64,000 nt of DNA, taken from the NCBI RefSeq assembly GCF_035481375.1, contig NZ_DATIGT010000191.1:260-64259 (forward strand), given 5' to 3'. This DNA is from Tahibacter sp. GTDB taxonomy: Bacteria; Pseudomonadota; Gammaproteobacteria; Xanthomonadales; Rhodanobacteraceae. Positions 60,674 to 64,000 of the stretch are shown in pieces; position 1 is the stretch's first letter, and each line of letters starts with the position of its first letter. The translations under genes and the position numbers were made by a program. Under the pieces are notes generated by a model. The model did not search any database. It saw nothing but the letters and a program-made list of their open reading frames with translations, and was not told the origin of the DNA.

Positions 60674-62521
60674 TCACCGCAAGAACAGCCAGTTCACCGA
60701 CACGAGCAAGGTGATCAGCAGCAGCACCGTCAGCGGCAGGCCGACGCGCCAGAAGTCGCGGCGGCGGTAGCCGCCCGGACCGCCAACGATCGTCAACACG
60801 GGATTCGCGTTCGCGATGACGAAGGTGTTCGACGTCGATATCGCGACGATCAGCGCATAGACGGCCGGGTTGCCGCTCGAGGCCAGCGCGATGTTGATGG
60901 CCATCGGCACCATCATCACGGTCGCACCGACGTTGGAGATCACCTGCGCGAAGAACAGCGCGAGCACCGCGATCACGGCCTGCAGCGCCCATTGCGGCCA
61001 GGCGCCGAGGTAGATCAGCACTTCCTGAGCGACCCAGGCTGCCGCGCCGGTCGTGTCCATGGCCCAGCCCAGCGGAATCAGACAGGCCAGCGTGAAGATC
61101 GTCTTCCAGTTGATCGACGCATAGGCCTCGTCCATCGTCAGCACGCCGGCGAGCAGCATCCCGACGGCGCCGGTCAGCATCGCGACCGACAGCTTCATGC
61201 TCGTGAACAGGCCGAGCAGCATGGCGAGGCCGAAGAACGTCAACGCGTGCCAGAGCTTGGCCGGACGCGCCTCTTCTTTCGGAATATCGGTCACGACGAC
61301 GAAGTCGCGGTCTTCCGCCGCATGCGCGAGATCGCGCCACGAACTGTGCATGACGAGCGTGTCGCCGGCGCGCAGCGCAACTTTGCGCACGTCTTCGCGG
61401 AACACCTGCTCGCCGCGGTAGATCGCGAGCACGCTGATGCCGTGATGCTTGCGCATGCGCAGATCGCCCAGCACGCGCTTGACATAGCGCGAGGTCGGCG
61501 GGATCACGGCTTCGGAAATGCCGGCGCGACCCGGGTTGAACATGTCGCCGAACTGGCGCAGACGCGCCTGCACGCGCAGCAGCTGGTTCTGCGCGAAATC
61601 GTTGACGCGGTCGCGATGGCCGAGCACGCCGAGCACGGTGCCGACCCAGATCATCTGGTCCGCCGGCGGGGCGAGGCGCGACTCGTTGCCGTTCTTCATC
61701 GCAAGGATCAGCGGCGCGCCGCGCATCTGCTCGACTTCGCCGACGCTCATGCCCACGAGCGGACTTTCGGCTGTCACGGTCAGCTCCATGACTTCGCCGT
61801 CGATGCCGTAGGTCTCAGCGAAATAGGTTTCCGTGCGGCCCGGCGTGACCTTCTGCTTGGACTCCTCGTCGGGCAGCAGCTTGCGCGTGAAGAAGAAAAA
61901 GTAGACGAGGCCGACCAGCAGCAGCGGCAGCCCGATCGGCGCGATCGCGAACAGGCTGAACGGTGCGATCGTGTCTGCGCCCGGCGGCAGGTTGCGATTC
62001 GCGCTGACGATGAGGTCGTTGAGCAGGATCAGCGGCGAGTTCGAGATCATCGTCACGTTGGTGCCGGCGAGGATCATGCAGCCCATCGGCAGCAGCAGGC
62101 GCTTCAGCGGAACGCCGGTGCGCGCCGACACGCGCGAGGCGACCGGCAGCAGCAGCGCCGCGAGCGCCTGGCTCTGCATGATCGACGTCAGTGCGCCGGC
62201 CATCACGTTGATCGCGACCGACAGGCGCGATTCCACGCCGTTGGAGACGCGCAGGATCAGGCTCGCGGCCTTGGTCAGCACGCCGGTGCGATCGAGCCCG
62301 GCTCCCATGATCATCACCGCGATCAGGGAGATCACCGCATTGCCGGCGAAGCCGTCGAACAGCTGCTCGACCGGCAGCAGGCCGGTCACGCCAATGCAGA
62401 CGATGACGAGCAGGGCGACCACGTCGGCCCGGATCCACTCCAGCACCAGCATGAGCACGGTGAAGGCGACCAGCCCGAACACGAGCATCATGTCGGTGGT
62501 CAGGGTCAGTCCGTAGTCCAT
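60674..62521 (-). CDS. SLC13/DASS-family anion transporter with two central TrkA-C (RCK_C) domains
   Basis: I start at Met87 (MDYGLTLTTDMMLVFGLVAF). The permease halves flank ...GEVMELTVTAESPLVGMSVGEVE... and ...ISEAVIPPTSRYVKRVLGDLRMR..GISVLAI. Confidence 0.85.
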   Translation of the reverse strand: MDYGLTLTTDMMLVFGLVAFTVLMLVLEWIRADVVALLVIVCIGVTGLLPVEQLFDGFAGNAVISLIAVMIMGAGLDRTGVLTKAASLILRVSNGVESRLSVAINVMAGALTSIMQSQALAALLLPVASRVSARTGVPLKRLLLPMGCMILAGTNVTMISNSPLILLNDLIVSANRNLPPGADTIAPFSLFAIAPIGLPLLLVGLVYFFFFTRKLLPDEESKQKVTPGRTETYFAETYGIDGEVMELTVTAESPLVGMSVGEVEQMRGAPLILAMKNGNESRLAPPADQMIWVGTVLGVLGHRDRVNDFAQNQLLRVQARLRQFGDMFNPGRAGISEAVIPPTSRYVKRVLGDLRMRKHHGISVLAIYRGEQVFREDVRKVALRAGDTLVMHSSWRDLAHAAEDRDFVVVTDIPKEEARPAKLWHALTFFGLAMLLGLFTSMKLSVAMLTGAVGMLLAGVLTMDEAYASINWKTIFTLACLIPLGWAMDTTGAAAWVAQEVLIYLGAWPQWALQAVIAVLALFFAQVISNVGATVMMVPMAINIALASSGNPAVYALIVAISTSNTFVIANANPVLTIVGGPGGYRRRDFWRVGLPLTVLLLITLLVSVNWLFLR

Positions 62522-62546
62522 GTCGCCGGTTCGACGTCCTTTGCGG

Positions 62547-63256
62547 TCAGACGCGCTGGTAGACGAGATCCCAGACGCCGTGCCCCAGCCTGAGGCCGCG
62601 CTGCTCGAAATGCGTGTGCGTGCGCCAGTGCGGCCGTTCCGAATAATTCCCCGCTCCGGCGCAGTTGCGCCAGGATGCATCGGCATCGGTGACGACGAGC
62701 ATCTGTTCGGCATAGTCCGCCCAGTCGGTCGCCATATGCAAGAGACCGCCCGTGCGCACGCGAGAAGCGAGCAGTGCAAGCAGCGGCGTCTGCACGAGCC
62801 GGCGCTTGTTGTGCTTCTTCTTGTGCCAGGGATCGGGGAAGTAGATGCGCACCTGGTCGAGGCTTGCGGGCGCCAGTTCGTGCTGCAGCACCTCGACGGC
62901 GTCGTGGTGATAGACGCGCACGTTGTCCGCGGCGGCCGCGGCGAGCGCGTTCAGCACGCGGCCGACGCCGGGTCTATGCACTTCGATGCCGACGAAGTTG
63001 CGCCCGGGTTCCTGCTGCGCGCCCCAGACGAGCTGCTCGCCGTTACCGAAGCCGATCTCGAGCGACACGGGGCCATCGTTGCCGAACACGGCGGCGAGGT
63101 CGCGCGGCTCGCCGGCGTAGTCGAGGCCGAACCGCGACCAGTGCGCCTCGAACGCGCGCTGCTGCGCGTCGGTGATGCGGCCCTGGCGCAGGACGAAGCT
63201 GCGGATCCGGCGCTGCGGCCGCCCTGCGCCGTCGCGATCGTGCTCGCCTTCGCGCA

Positions 63257-63257
<1 letters not shown>
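62547..63257 (-). CDS. trmB: tRNA (guanine-N7)-methyltransferase
   Basis: I start at MREGEHD (complement 63255-63257), an ATGA overlap with the thiG stop. [25 protein letters not shown]. Confidence 0.9.

Positions 63258-64000
<743 letters not shown>

Noticed and set aside
60650-62593. 647-aa ORF on the plus strand
   Set aside because: It is antisense to the DASS/TrkA-C transporter gene. It is His/Arg/Asp/Gln-rich low-complexity sequence.

Overview
This is high-GC chromosomal DNA (third codon positions are almost all G/C) from a Gram-negative bacterium. The gene content (NagR/NagP-type GlcNAc locus, TonB-dependent receptor, holD-like/rimI, DUF4124, H-NS-like, ETF-QO) suggests a gammaproteobacterium of the Xanthomonadales/Nevskiales type; this is inference only. 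I call about 57 protein genes. I found no rRNA, tRNA, CRISPR, transposase, integrase or phage genes. Layout: (1) 1-8.9 kb is a GlcNAc/chitooligosaccharide utilisation locus (nagR, nagP, glucokinase-family kinase, TonB-dependent receptor, GH20 hexosaminidase) with two NagR-type palindromes. (2) 9-12.5 kb holds a small exported protein coupled to a GlxA/AraC regulator, a beta-ureidopropionase-like CN hydrolase and an aldo/keto reductase. (3) 12.5-39.2 kb looks accessory. It carries several exported proteins of unknown or degradative function, each next to a transmembrane signalling module: three ECF sigma modules, two Hanks-type kinases with C-terminal TPR regions (one fused to an OmpR-type winged helix), an M23 peptidase, a PQQ-like propeller and REP-like repeats. 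(4) 39.3-52.7 kb is housekeeping and metabolic (VOC, ETF-QO, GntR-amidase-CoA transferase-AlkB, EamA, ThrE, H-NS-like, proS, two DUF4124 genes). (5) 52.9-59.8 kb is one tightly translationally coupled operon: pssA, a GAF-PP2C-kinase fusion, a STAS protein, an MlaE/MlaF/MlaD-like ABC transporter with DUF330 lipoprotein, holD-like and rimI. (6) 59.8-64 kb holds a small membrane protein, a Rieske protein, a DASS/TrkA-C transporter, trmB and thiG (partial). Many long ORFs in the six-frame track that overlap these genes antisense or out of frame are GC-driven artefacts. The best candidates for something undescribed are: (a) a partner-switching module (GAF-PP2C-Ser kinase plus STAS) wired into an Mla/MCE-type lipid ABC transporter operon instead of to a sigma factor; (b) a shared C-terminal tail (D-x-I-F-x-x-G-F-E-like) on four otherwise unrelated exported proteins, each adjacent to a dedicated sensor/regulator; (c) a wHTH-kinase-TM-TPR one-component regulator with an 11-bp-periodic triple direct repeat in its promoter region. 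None of these can be proven from sequence alone.
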